A DNA stretch of 64,000 nt from Cetorhinus maximus (GCF_964194155.1 NC_135892.1:66092001-66156000); one strand, 5' to 3'; counted from the stretch's first letter, positions 27,266 through 41,020 are shown. Numbers and translations: made by a program. The notes: generated from the letters alone by a model not told the origin.

Positions 27266-28520
27266 GGGCCAAATTTTCAACTAATCGTCCCAAATGATAC
27301 AGCGGGATCTGTAGTTGATCAGAAACCCGTTGGAATCTGTAGCGGGCTTTGCACTGACTCTCTAACTGACAGCACCCATGAGCAGCAGGAACAACACCAG
27401 CAACAGCACCAGCTGTCTTCTCCTTTGCCACGTGCCACTCCACAGTGCAGAGATCCGACTCCAAGGTGGCAAGACTCCCAAACATAGGGTTTACAAGTAG
27501 AGGATCAGCCCTCTCAATGTGTGTTAGCACCAATGCCTCAGAAGGCTTTCACAGCAGATTGTTACAGCCTCCTGGAACAAAACCTCCTTCCCAGGGATTT
27601 CCCAACCCATCAGAGCAGGTGAGTGGGATGACCCACCAAATCTGTCAAAGGAAGGATTTTTAATTAAAGGGGCCCCAACAGGGGTTAATGTAGCTGAACT
27701 GTACATTGATCCCTGTGGCTTCAGCAACCACAAGTATGGAAAGGAGGATCTGGAGGGTTCCACCACCACCATTCCTCCTCCCTCCCTCCACCAATAGAAG
27801 ATCTTTGAGGGCCTGAAGTGAGGCGATCTTCCCCAGGGACAGGTGGAAAAGACCAGCCTCTCCAAACAGGCAGGCTTGGATGAAAGAGGATAAAGAGATC
27901 AGCAGTAGGAATTTGCTTTCTCCATGCTGGAAGCTCGACAACAAAAGGACCCAGGATCTCAGGAGGGCAAGATGGGTGAATGGCATAACACTTTTGGGTG
28001 TCAAGCCACACACTAACTTCCCTAGCATTCTCCTGCGCAGCACACCTTTATAGCCCCACTCATTCGTCTCTCTGCAGGCACCTCGCATCCCACCTAGACA
28101 GCTAACCTCAAGCTTACTGGAGGTCAGCCCTCCAGTGATAGGCACCTTAATGGCCACTGGCATGACATGCCCACCTAGTCCACCACGAAGGATGTCTTGT
28201 TCCACGAGGCTGCAGATGTCAGCAATGACCTGCCAGGAAAGCATAAGGCACTAGCACTTACATGTGTCAAGAAACCTGAGTCTGTGCCTGTAGACCCTGT
28301 GTCATGGGTCTCGCCTCCTTGGAGATGGATCTCAGTGTCCATCCCCTCTGCCCTTTGGAGCAGCAGGTGGCTGAGGAGAAGGCAGCAGATGATGTTGCTG
28401 CTGTTCTGCTGCTCCTGATGCTGTTGCTTGTCTTGCTCGTCCTGTCCCTCAACAAAGGTCAAGGGTCCTGCTGCATATGTTGTTATCTTGCTGCAATGAA
28501 GATTGACAGCAGGAAGTTAA
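27266..28520. mobile_element. Internally deleted PIF/Harbinger remnant in the last DUSP10 intron
   Basis: - strand LSWQVIADICSLVEQDILRGGLGGHVMPVAIKV aligns with the nuclease N-termini at 53536 and 51960; weak + strand Myb remnant at ~27450-27665; left end gggccaaatttt. Confidence 0.65.
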
Positions 28521-29788
28521 GATTAAGCTAAGTATACTCCTAGGCAGTAACACTCAAATGTTGGCACTGACACTCAGGGCCAGATTTTCATCTTTGAGGC
28601 TGGAAGTGGGAGTGGGGGAGATTTCCTGACATTGTGATCCCACCTGTTACCTAGCATTGCTCGCTGATGCTATTTGCATTTGGCAGAGGCAGTGATGGCC
28701 TGGAGTCAGGCTGTGCCGACCTGGCCAGGTTAAAAGTCCCACCTATGTTTACTGAGACATGGGCCCAGATTTGGAGATGAGGCTCCCTAATCCTGAGCAC
28801 CTCATTCCCACTCTATACTCCCCTCAGCACCCCCATAGCCCCAAAACCCCTATAGGTAGAATTCGTGAGGCCTAAATAACATTGGAAAGCCTTTGAGAAG
28901 CTCATAAATCTGTCAAAATGAACATTACTTGAAAATCCACTTAAACAATCATTATCCTCGTAACAGCTCATAAGTGTATCAAAATGACAGCTATGTTGTC
29001 AACCCCTGCTGAGCAGAATCCAGTAGTGAGTTGGAAGTCAGCTAAGCATTCATAATGAAGTTCCACTGAACAAATATGTCAACAAACCTCCTTGTGCAGA
29101 ATCCATTAAAGCCTTTGAACACAGCCAGAAGCTCAGTCATCTGCCAAGGCTTTGAAACGGCCAAACAGACGCCTGAGCTGAACCTCAATTGGGGGGGGTG
29201 GGGGGGTTGGAAATCAAAGCCAGGGGGACATTGCACTCTTTCGCACATCAGATATGGTTTTCACAATTGTAAAATGGAGCATAAAACTTACTCTAATGCA
29301 TTGCATCTGAATACTTTTTCACTTCCACAGTGATGTCCTGTCTCTTGACAGCTTTCCAGTTGTCATGGTTCCCATCTTCAAACTATGGTTCATGACACTT
29401 CTATGCTGGTATGACTCATCACCTACCAAAATCGGCCCAACTCCATCACAATTGCAGAAGGTCTAAAATACCCACTTTGGCAATGTCTAGCATGTCGGTA
29501 CCGCAGTGGGTGGATTCCTAACCCACACCATTACCGCATGCTGATTGAAAATTGCTGGCCTGCAATTTTTTAAGCCCACCCAAAACATAAACCATGCTTC
29601 TCCATATTAGAAAGTTGTTTTGCTTTGCTTAAAAAAAAGTCATTGAACCCTCCACCTTTCAGCATGTGGTTAAAGCTTTCAGATCTCTTTGTCTTTGTTC
29701 ACCTATTTTCACATGCCCACAGCAAATTGGAGCTTAGTTCCTGATCTCGCACTAGCTACTGTCTAGGGGCAGACAAGCTGGTAATCAT

Positions 29789-30155
29789 AAACAAAAGCAA
29801 AAATACCTGGAAAAACTCAGCAGGTCTGGCAGCATCTGCGGAGAGGAACATAGTTAATGATTTGAGTCCGAATGACCCTTCAACAGAACTAAGTAAAAAT
29901 AGAAGAGAGGTGAAATATAAGCTGATTTAAGGGGGGATGGGACAAGTAGAGCTGGATAAGCTCTACTTGTCCCACCCCCTCTTAAACCAGCTTATATTTC
30001 ACCTCTCTTCTATTTTTACTTAATTCTGTTGAAGGGTCATTCGGACTCAAAACATTAACTATGTTCCTCTCCGCAGATGCTGCCAGACCTGCTGAGTTTT
30101 TCCAGGTATTTTTGTTTTCGTTTTGGATTTCCAGCATCTGCAGTTTTTTGCTTTT
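29789..30155. mobile_element. Fold-back (palindromic) Penelope-like insert with hammerhead-like core
   Basis: 14-bp TSD AAGCTGGTAATCAT (29775-29788 / 30156-30169); ~165-bp inverted arms around loop GGATA (29954-29958); CTGTTGA-a-GGGTC-attcg-GACTC at 30026. Confidence 0.88.
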
Positions 30156-33100
30156 AAGCTGGTAATCATTGCTGCTACTGCCCTCCCTATTGAACTAGCT
30201 TCACTGCAAAGCTAGACAGGAAAGGACATTGTCACCCCATTATGAATGTTTGCTGGGAGTTCTCAGTATGATCTCCCCTCTTATTCTTGATCTTCCTGGC
30301 TGACCATAGAACATCACCAGAACTTTTTACTTTGTGCGTGTGTGTAAAATAGGTGGCAACAGTTTGGTCACTGGTTATACACCCTTGGAGAAGGCCTTGT
30401 AAGATGAGCAAGAACTTTTCTTGGTAAACTCAAGAGGCGCAGACACACTCCTCCCAGGCCCCACAAGGAAAGTCTGGGTCCATACTACCCTGGCCACCGT
30501 AAGTGGCCAGATCTCCCTGCATTGGCTTACCTTGGTATTATCAAGCAGCATGCTGGCTGTACAGTTTTGCCATTGTAGAAGCCAGCCACATGACTCTTGA
30601 TTTCCATTTTGGGTGTGCATCTGGCTTGTATGACATAAATGAGGCCCAGGAGTTTAACATTTCCCAGACCTAAAACTGATATCTGGGGAGGGTTAATGCT
30701 CACCTCCACCTGTCCAAAACCCACTCCCACTTAAAATGTGCTTTATCTTAAAAATAAAGACAAAATGCTTCAGACAAAATTTCTGTTTATTTTTGTGGCC
30801 TGCACAATGTTAAGATAGAATTTCCAATTTCTGGTCACAGCTGATGGCATGTGAGGCACTCATCACTGGTGAGGACTGGTGCATTTCACCCAGTTGCACT
30901 ATATCCAATGTATTTGAAATTATTTTGAACTTCCTCTAATGCATACTGTTAATAATTTCACTTTCTGCTCGAAAAATTGGATTGGATACTAAAATGTATT
31001 TTTATAATCTTTCATTACTATCCTCCTATGACATGTGGATATCTTTAGAAATGGAAGTTGTTGGAAAAAAGCAGCAAAATATTTCCTATAGGAATGATTA
31101 GTTTTGCAGTTAGCCTGCAGTTATCATACCTTCTGTAGTGGTGCGGATCACATTTTCTACTCCAGATGGCCCAGAATTGGCTTCGCCCTAGCCTATCCTA
31201 TGAAGGATTTCAGCAGTACTACATTTTACTATTTTTAAGCTTGTTTTTACATTCTGACGTATTGGCAGTTACAATGTTTTACAGCTCTTAAGTGCAGCTC
31301 AATTATTGTTAATAAAAATAGTCTCTTATGAGTTGCATACTTGACAAGTCCAAATATTTGGGGAAACCCAATTGTAAAATTACTGTAGCAACAGAGTTCA
31401 GGAACTGGTATTAATATTCAGTCAGATTCTCGAAAGATGGCTTATAGTTTTTGCATTGCTTCACATTGAATACAGAGTCCCACCTCATGGACGGGAGAGT
31501 GTTCACCATCCATCTGTGCAAAATGACTGAAATCAAATAATGCCTTTATCATAGTTAACAGACTTAGTCCCTCAAAAATAATAATTAATCCTTTAGTTTG
31601 TATTTGATCCTATAATACTGATTTGATATTTAGTGTCCAAGCGATTGTAGTTAGGTTGTTTTGCAGGGCTTGCTTCAATCTTGCTGTGTATCAGAAAATA
31701 TTATTTGTTTCTTCAACATTTAACCCAGAGTTTGCCATTCCAATGAAGTTTTAAAAAAATCAATCTTTCAAAGTTGTAAGACAATTCAGACCATGTAAAA
31801 TATCCTGAATGTCTTACTATTTCATTTACATTAATGGGAAGGAATATAGAATAAAGCCTGCACCTGTGGCTAGCTGTAGACTACCTATGTAGTGTTGCTG
31901 CAGAAACTCTTTTAACAATCAATGCAGCAGCAAATGTGCAAAATAATTGCAAGCTCAATAGAAATTTCTGAAAGTTCACATCATATATAAAGCTGTGTTA
32001 AGCACCCTGAAGCACCGATCCAGAAGATTGCTTCTTTGGTAGTGTTTGTGGCACTTCCACTGCTTTTATCAGCTAGCACCTGTGATCATTGATGTTCGCA
32101 ACTGGGCAGCTGCATACAAAATCCAGGATTGATTATATTTATTGTGCTCAAGTGGACTGTTTGATCTGTCATTCACTCAGTCTACCAAGTGCCTTGGATT
32201 ATCTAGCACTGTTTATGAACCTCTCTTTGATTATTGGAAGTAGTAGATTTTACATAGCATAGGTGATCAGAAATCTTAGGATGATGTCGAGCTTTAGATT
32301 TTAAGAGTGAGTTCTGTTGTCATTTCAACATATGCTAAGGTATTTCTTTAGCCATAAAACAAATACATCCTAATTGGTTCAGTGCTCTGTGCACACATAC
32401 ACAGGAAGTTCTTTGTTCAGGCCTTTTAGAAATTGCTTTGTGTATCCATCTAGCCATATTTAAAGTTTGGGGTTTTCAATTGTTTAGAGGTTAGGAATAA
32501 ATGATTTGGAGAGCAGGGGCCATATTTTGAATTCTGAGAAATTGGTGAAAAGATAAAAATACAGCATCTTGCTTGTTAAAGATCTTGTCGAACGCCAACC
32601 ATGATATTTGTAGTGAATATGTTGCAAAAATTTAAATGGAATTCCACTGTGCACTATTTTAACAGATGAATTTTATGTGAACATGGTAATGTATTTGCTA
32701 CAAATATATTGTTGATATTTTACCTCTTTGCTTTTTGTTGCCTGTTCAAAAATCTCTTTCATTCATATTTCTTAAAGTATTTTCAACTTTCCAGAACCTT
32801 GAACAAAGTTCCACATGATAAACTTCTAATTAAACCAATAGCTACAGGAATTCAGAGTTGAATAGTGATAGTTTTCTATTCTTAAATGGCTTCTGACAGC
32901 TCTTATCAGATGAGTAATGTCAGTCTTGGAAGTCCCCAATCGAGTCCCACAAGGGCCAGTGTTTGAATGTCTTTTTTAGATCTAGATAAATGGTTTAGAT
33001 AACACATCCAACTGCACATTTGCTGATGATGTAAGAATAGGGTGGTTGGTAGAGACAGCCATTTGCAAAATAATGTAGATCATTAGATAGATAAATAGAA

Positions 33101-33314
33101 ATAGAACTTTAAATTTCAGTCTTGAATTATTATGTAAGTATATAGTTTACATAGGCAACAACAGCACACTTAGAATATGCACTGAAGACCCTTTCTCATT
33201 CCTATTATATTAATCACTCTTCAGATGCTTATTCAATTTTAATTATTTTCAGTCTCGTCAAAAAATGTCGCAAGGGTGGTTGTATTCTCTGACAGGCCTG
33301 CCAACAAAGTGTAA

Positions 33315-33605
<291 letters not shown>

Positions 33606-34605
33606 AGTGACCTGGTTGACTTTTTGTAGGTCGTTTTTAAAAGTGATGTTTATCTCCCCTTGACGTTTTGAAGCGTCTTATACTATGCTGGAACTGAGAA
33701 CCTAAGAAAGACTGCATTATCATTGATTGTGGAATTATACAGTTGGTGGTCTGTGCAGGTTCATAGACAGCAACAAGCAACTGGAAATGAAGGGAAGAAC
33801 ATGATAGTGGGTATATGGTCTGGAAATTTACCAAGAAATGTCCTTTCAACTATCCAAAGGTTGCCAAAGCAGATTGGTCACAGTGAAGGAACCCAACACG
33901 CACGTAGCTGCAACTAATCTCCACTAAGCTAATGAAGAAAGAATTGTAAAGAGAAACCTGATTATTTTGTGTGTTCAGGTCCTGTTAATGCTGGTTATAT
34001 TTTTCTATGAGGGTTAAATAGAATTGTGGGAGTTGAATTTAAAATGGTCTCATCCATTACATGCCCTCTGAGGCTCATTGTGCAATAATTGATTTGTGTG
34101 TGGAATACCAAATGGATGGAGCTGGGTGCATTTTCCTTATGTAAATAGTCAGCAACATGCACCTACTCAAACTGGTGGGGGAGGGATGGGGTGCGGGGGA
34201 ACTCAATGAAAAGCAATTTTTTACTTTAAATTCTGGTCACAGTACCACATGTACTGCGGCAATTTCTTTGAAACATGTTAGATCAGAATGTTAAAGAAAA
34301 ATGTTATTTAATATTTTTCACACACAATCTGTGTGTTACTGTTGTCTGTGTATAATTTTGTTTATAAAAAAAAATTATGTATAACCATTTGGACTATAGT
34401 TTTGTTTCTGTGTGTCAGGTTTACTAATTACACAAAACACGCTCATCGTTGCAACTGGGACATTTGTCTGAAGTGGGCTTCCTTGAGCTGCTTCCCGTAA
34501 AATATAATGATTGTGAAGAACCTAGTATCAGGCATTTTAACTGTACACTAGACAGCCTATTGTAGGGCAAATTTTTAATAAATGTTGCATAATTCTGTTT
34601 AAGAT
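33606..34605 (+). other. DUSP10: DUSP10 3'UTR
   Basis: Repeat-free AU-rich kilobase after the stop, ending near AATAAA 34577-34582; contains GTGCAATA 34080, TGTAAATA 34140 and TTATTTAA ~34304. Confidence 0.7.
34577..34582 (+). terminator. Probable polyadenylation signal
   Basis: First canonical AATAAA I could find downstream of the stop codon. Confidence 0.65.
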
Positions 34606-37029
34606 GAACCCTCTCTAGCCCCAAAAATTCCCAATTGTTCAAGTTTATCATGGAATTGTATGGATTTTTCTTTCTCGGTGTTGTGGGCATGTAATATTTA
34701 CCAGTGAGGAATCCTTCCAAGTAGCATAATTGGGATGGACAGTAAGATGAGTGAGTATTTAGAGTTCCAGATGTACTTTTTGAAGATTGGATGAAAACTA
34801 TATTTATTACTGTTCTAGAATATGCCACCTGCACCAGTTCAAATGGGGCGGGGGGGCAATGGTGGGGGGATGAGCTGAAACAGTTTTTAAATTGGTCAAA
34901 TTTGGCAAGTATTTGGATTCAGTTATTTTACTCAGACAAAGCTTGCAGCTGGTTAAGTTCAGTCTTATTATTTAAACAAGTTAAAGCTTTAGCTTGAAGT
35001 GGAAGCTGTCATGTAGAAAAAATAATTGGGAAAGAATTTGAATGGGGAACACTGAATTCGAGGCCTGGATTCAGAATGCGCTGAAGCACAATCATGGTGG
35101 AAAGAAAAATAATGAGAGTACAGAGGTAGAACTTTAAACTAAAATATAGAAAGTCAGGAAGTAGATCACTATCACCCACTTTGCCATACTGCCACAGATC
35201 GTTTTCACTTCCTGTGATTCCTGATTGCACCGGATGAAGTTCACATTATTGAGTATGATATCTCTCCCTCGTCTTTCCAGAGGGTTGAATTTCCACCATC
35301 ACATTGTTGAAGTGCAGTGGAAATCTCAGTGGAAACAGCAACAACTTGGGGACATTTTTCTTTATAAAATGAATTAAGTTTCTTTCCAGAAACACAATTG
35401 GACACACTGTCAAAGGAGGAGATGTTAGGAAGAGTGAATGAATACTTGATCAGAGAGGTGGGTTTTAATGACTCTCTTTTTCAAGAGGGAGAGGCTGAGG
35501 GGTCCAGAGAAAGAATTCCAGATCGTGAGTGTAGATAACTGAAGGCACGGTGACCAATGGAGGGGCAAAGAGAGGGTGGCATGAGAAGCCAGAGGAAAGG
35601 AGAGGACTGAAGGTTGTAAAGCTGGAGAAGTTTACAGAGATAGAAGGACAAGGCCATGAAGCAATTTAAACATGCCAATGAGAACTTTAAATTTGAGTCA
35701 AGAGACAGAATTTTTGTTTTGCAGTAGGGACCCTGATATCCAGCCCATACATGTTGTGGGCATGACACATTAGCATGTTGTGGGCATGACACATTTTGTT
35801 GGATCACCCAGTCAATGGCCAGACGGTGTGCTTGCTGTGCAATTAAGGATGGTGGGTTAGTCCCTGATGTCAATGGCAAGGGGTGTCCGCTCGGCACTTT
35901 GAGAATAACATGGAAAAATAGAAGTAGGAGTAGGTTATTTGGCCCTTCGAGCCTGCTCCACCATTCAATACGATCATGGCTGATCCTCTATCTCAACGCC
36001 TTACTTTTGTTCTCTTCCCCATACCCCTAGACCCCTTTAGAGTCTAGAAATCTATCTATTTCCTTCTTAAATATATTCAGTGACCTGGCCTCCACAGCCC
36101 TCTGTGACAGAGAATTCCACAGGTTCACCACCCTCTGAGTGAAAAAGTTTCTCCTCATCTCAGTCCTAAATGGCCTACCCAGTAACCTGAGGTTGTGACC
36201 CCTTGTTGTAGACGCCCGCCCCAGCCAGAGAAAACATCATCCCTGCATCTAGTCTGTCCAGCCCTGTCAGCATTTTATACATTCCATGAGATCCCCTCTC
36301 CTCCAGTGAATACAGCCCTAGTCAGCCCAATCTCTCTTTATATGACAATCCTGCCATCCCAGGAATCAGTCTGGTGAACCTTTGCTGCATTCCCTCTGTG
36401 GCAAGTGTATCCTTTCTTAGGTAAGGAGACCAAAACTGCGCACACTACTGCAGATGTGGTCTCACCAAGACCCTGTACAGCTGCAGTAAGACACCCTTGC
36501 TCCTGTACTCCAGTCTTCGCAATGAAGGCCAGCATACCATTTGCCACCTTAACTGCTTGCTGCACCTGCATGCTTGCTTTCAGTGATTGGTGTGCAAGGA
36601 TACCCAGGTCCCTTTGTACATCAACATTTCCCAATCTATCACCATTTAAATAGTACTCTGCTATTCTGTTTTTCCTACCAAAGTGGATAACTTCACACTT
36701 ATCCACGTTATACTGCATCTGCCATGTATTCGTCCACTCTATCAACTTGCCTAAATTGCCTTGAAGCAGCATAATATCCTCCTTACCACTCACATTCGCA
36801 CATAGTTTTGTGTTGTCAGCAAACTTGTAAATATTACTTTTGGTTCCCTCATCCAAAACATTGATATATTTTGTGAATAGCTGGGGCCCACACACTGATC
36901 CCTGTGGTACCTCACTAGTCATTGATTACCATTCCAAAAAAGATCCATTTATTCCTAATCTGTTTTCTGTCTGCTAACCAATTCTCAATCCATGCCAAAA
37001 TATTACTCCCAATCCCATGTGCTTAAATA

Positions 37030-37397
37030 TTTTTTTTATTTACTTACAGGATGTGAGTTTTGCTGGCTGGGCCGGCATTTATTGCCCATCTCTAGTTGCC
37101 CTTGAGAAGGTGGTAGTGAGCTGCCTTCTTGAACCGCTGCAGTCCATGTGGTGTAGGTACACCCACAGTGCTGTTAGGAAGGGAGTTCCAGAATTTTGAC
37201 CCAGCGACAGTGAAGGAAGAGCGTTATATTTCCAAATCAGGATGGTGAGTGACTTGGAGGGGAACTGGTAGATGGTGGTGTTCCCATCTACCTGCTACCC
37301 TTGTCCTTCTAGATGATAGTGGTCGTGGGTTTGGAACGTGCTAGTGAAGGAGCCTTGGTGAATTCCTGCAGTGCATCTTGTAGATGGTACACACCAT
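37030..37397 (-). mobile_element. 3' end of second LINE family nested in CR1
   Basis: Matches 17765-18125 closely; T-run (minus-strand A tail) at the left end. Confidence 0.85.
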
Positions 37398-37417
37398 CTT
37401 TTGTACACAAATTTCTT

Positions 37418-38045
37418 GGCCAGACTATTGTGCTTGTCAGGCAGGCATGCGCCCGATCCGAATGAGCGTAAAATGACACGTGACGGCATCGGGCGAGGGT
37501 CCTGATGTCATTGCACGTTCGCGCAATATTTCAGTCGGCAAGCACGCCCGCCGACAATTAAGCGGTCTGTTAAGGCCTTTAATGAACTAATTGATCTAAA
37601 TTTTTCACTGCCCGTCCAACCATTCAGTTGGCGAGCGGGCGAAAAGGCCAAACGGCCTTTGCATTTTAGGCGGAATCTCATCCACAGGCGGGATGAGGTT
37701 TCGTCCAGTGATTTAAAAAAAAAACTTTTTGCACTCATCTCTAAAGTGTCCGTGCTCGTGTGACATAGTCACATGAGGGAATGTTTTTTTTTTAACATTT
37801 TTAAATTCTTTATTGTTTATCTGGAAATTCTTCAGCTCCCTGAGGCAGCTCTGTGCTTCAGGGAGCTTTTACCTGTGTGCATGCACGAGCTGCCGCGCTC
37901 GCCCTCTTCCCGCCCCCACCCCACAGGCAGCACGGCAGAGCGCGATTCACGCGGGCTGGCTAGTGTGAAATCACAGTCGGGGCCCGATCGTGGGCAGCCG
38001 TCCATTTCACAGCCGAGCCCGCCTGACAACCAGAAAATCCTGGCC
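37418..38045. mobile_element. CpG-rich MITE (Harbinger-type) nested in CR1
   Basis: Termini GGCCAGACTATT / AAAATCCTGGCC, flanks ctt/ttt; inverted homologue of 42364-43069. Confidence 0.85.
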
Positions 38046-40509
38046 TTTGTGTGGGACTTTATCAAAAGCTTTTTGAAAATCCAGATACACCACATCCACT
38101 GATTCTCCCTTTTCTATTCTGCTATTTAGTTCATCAAACATGATTTCCCTTTCATACATCCATGTTGACTTTGTCTAATCCCATTGATATTTTCTAAGTG
38201 TCCTGTTATCACATCCACGGTTGCCAGACCCACGTTAGCGGAGGGAAAATACCTTCACAGGGTGGCATGCAGCCTCAGCTGCAGCCATTTTCCTGCATTG
38301 GCAACAGAGGAGGGGTGTGTCTCAGTGCTTCAGTGTTGCTGGTCCTCGGTCTGCTACCAGGAGGTTGCTTCCTCACACTGACCATATTTTTAGTGAGCGG
38401 AGAGGACCCGCCAAACTTCTGCCCCATGAGACATTGTGATTGGTGGGCAGGATTAGATAGAGGCAGCAAAATTTTGGATAAGCTGAAGTTTACAATGCAT
38501 GGAGGATGGTCGCAAGAGCTTCAGAATAGCCTAATGTGGAGGTGACAAACACTGGGGTTCCTCTGGCTCTATTGCCAAAGTTACAGAGAACCCATGTGGC
38601 AAATCATATAGTTTTCACATGCATTTTCAATTCTGACACAACTGCAGTGAAACTTGCCTATTAACTACAATTAGCCATGGCTCTGACTGATGCCTAGAGA
38701 TGTTAGGCTGGACCTTTAGCCCAGGCAGGCCTCTTATTTCATCTTCGTCCTGAACTGGGTTTTTATTTCCAAACACCTCCACAGGGAAATGCACTGATCA
38801 CTCATTCTTTACTTTACACACCTTTCATGACATGCAGTAAAGCAATTTCTCTTCCTTCTACTGTCAGCATCAGGGATGGTCATAAGAGTGGCAGAGTTAC
38901 TGAGGCAGTGACAGAAGCTTTTCTGATGTCCTCCTTCATGGTGGAAGCCCATTAGCAGATAACTCTCACTCTCCTAAGTCCCAAAGTGTGACCATTGTTA
39001 GATCTCCACGTCAGCCTCCACTCCTTGCAGTGCTACTGTGGTAGTCCTGCTGCCCAAAGGTTTGCATTTTCCTTTTCTGACAGCAGCAGCAGGCTCCCTC
39101 CAGTTACCAAGAATCCTGCCAGCAGCCAGCTCTGCAAACACAAATAGCTGCATCCCAGAAGGATGGCAGGGTAAGGGCAGCTGGTGGAAGTCCTACCCAA
39201 CTCTTCTCTGGTAGGAAGAAGGATATCCAGTCTAGCCAGTCTAACATTGGATTTCTAACACTGGTTGAAATCTGTGAATGAAATGGCTGTTAGATAATGG
39301 CTGGTTTCTTTATTGGCCAGCACCAGCACTCCAGTTATTTAAAAGATGTGACATTCAGCTGCTTTTTTCAGAAACAACAGTTGATGTACAGGATAACATG
39401 TAATCAAATCTCACCTTGTTTTAACTAACCACAAAGTCCTTCTCAAGAACAAGAAACATAATGGAAACATCCACATTCTGTTAGTGGGCTCACTTTCTTT
39501 TTTTTGATCTTCACTGGCTCTGGGCTTGAGGTGACTTGATATGCCTGCTCTCTGTGCCAAGCACCCTTGTCAGATCTAGTTGACTATACATGGGTCTTTT
39601 TTGTAATTTTCTCTGTCTTCCAAGCTGTGAATTCACTATTTTAAAGCACAACTTAAACATAACTCATTCCCAAATTGTTTCTGTAAAGAAAAAATTATCT
39701 TAGGTATTTGAAAAAGAACATTAAATAATTAATTCATTTTTCAAATTTTTATGGACTCTGCTTCAATAATATTTTGAGACAAGAATTTTCACAATATAAT
39801 TGCCATCTATTTTAAAATTTTTCTCACCATTTAATTATTTTTGTTATCCTAAACAAATGGCCCCTGAGAATCACAGAATTATATAGTACAATGCTATTTG
39901 GTCCATTATTTTCTGTGCCAACTCTTTGGTAAAGCAATTCAAAATTAATCCCACTGCCCTGTTCCCTTATTATAGCCCCCTCATTGCCATAATGCTAACC
40001 AAAGGAAATAATCTCAGAATTTATCCAAACTATTCAGAATCTTGAAGGTCTCAGTCAGTTCACCAATTAAGCTTTTCATCTCTCTTCAAAAAAAGCACCA
40101 ACTGCTCAAGTCTTCTTCATAATTCTGGCTCTTCATCTTTGATAACATCCATGTGAATCTAACATGTAATCTTCATATTGTCTTTAACTGTGTTTCACTC
40201 TGTATGCACAATGGGATTGTAAGCTATCTACCTCACTGTAAAATGGGTTTGTGATCTTTCTATTAAATTGGTGATCTGTCTTGTGCGATTGTGCTCTGGT
40301 TCTGTTTAATGAGTTTGTCATCATATTTCATGGATTTGTGATCCAACTTCCTCTGTCCAAGCAGTCTGTGATCTGCCTTACACTACGCTTAATGGGAACA
40401 TGGTCAGTGTCACTGGGGGGTGAAATTCATCTTAGGTGATGGTGCAAATTGGGCACAAGCAAGTCAGTAGCTTCTTTTACAACCCATCTGGTTTTCATTT
40501 CCTTGATCA

Positions 40510-41020
40510 AAAGGCTTTGGAGAATCAGAAATGGAGTCACTTGCTGCAGAATAACCAGCTTTTGACCTGTTGTAGTAGCCACAACATTTATTTGGCTAGT
40601 CCAGTTGAGTTTCTGGTAAATGACAATCTCCAGGATGATGATCGTGGAGGTCTCAGTGAAAGTAATCCCATTGAATGTCATGTGGAAGTGATTAAGCTCA
40701 CTTGTTAGAAATGGCCATTGCCTGACACTTGTGCGGCTTAACCATTATTTACCATTTATCAGCCCAAGTCTAGATGTTGTTTATATCTTACTGCATGTGG
40801 TATGGACTGCTTCATTATCTGAGTGATTGTGGATGTAGCTGAACATTGCAATCATCAGCAAATTTCTGGCCTTATGGTGAGGGGAAAGTAATTATTGAAG
40901 AAACTGGATATGATTGGTTCTAAGGTACTGCTCTGAGGAACTCCTGGAACAATATCCTATGGTTGAGATCATTAGCCTTCAACCGCCACAATCGTTATTC
41001 TTTGTGCCAGGTATGACTCA
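40510..41020 (-). mobile_element. Internal fragment of the second LINE family
   Basis: TFNGIT..ILEIVIYQKLNWTSQINVVA..GQKL.IL peptide; its left end overlaps the text of 18295-18345. Confidence 0.7.

Larger units (their letters stand above)
35915..38215 (-). mobile_element. 5'-truncated CR1 LINE split by two later insertions
   Basis: VPQGSVCGP, YKFADNTKL, WQMQYNVDKCEVIHFG peptides; continuity restored by removing 37030-37397 and 37418-38045. Confidence 0.9.

Noticed and set aside
29789-30155. DNA-transposon MITE or pre-miRNA
   Set aside because: A long TSD, unequal arm ends and non-palindromic copies of the same sequence (4997-5300) indicate a retroelement origin; the stem is far longer than a pre-miRNA.
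35750-35795. 22-bp direct repeat CATGTTGTGGGCATGACACATT as CRISPR-like
   Set aside because: Only two units with a 2-bp gap; a simple tandem duplication in eukaryotic DNA.
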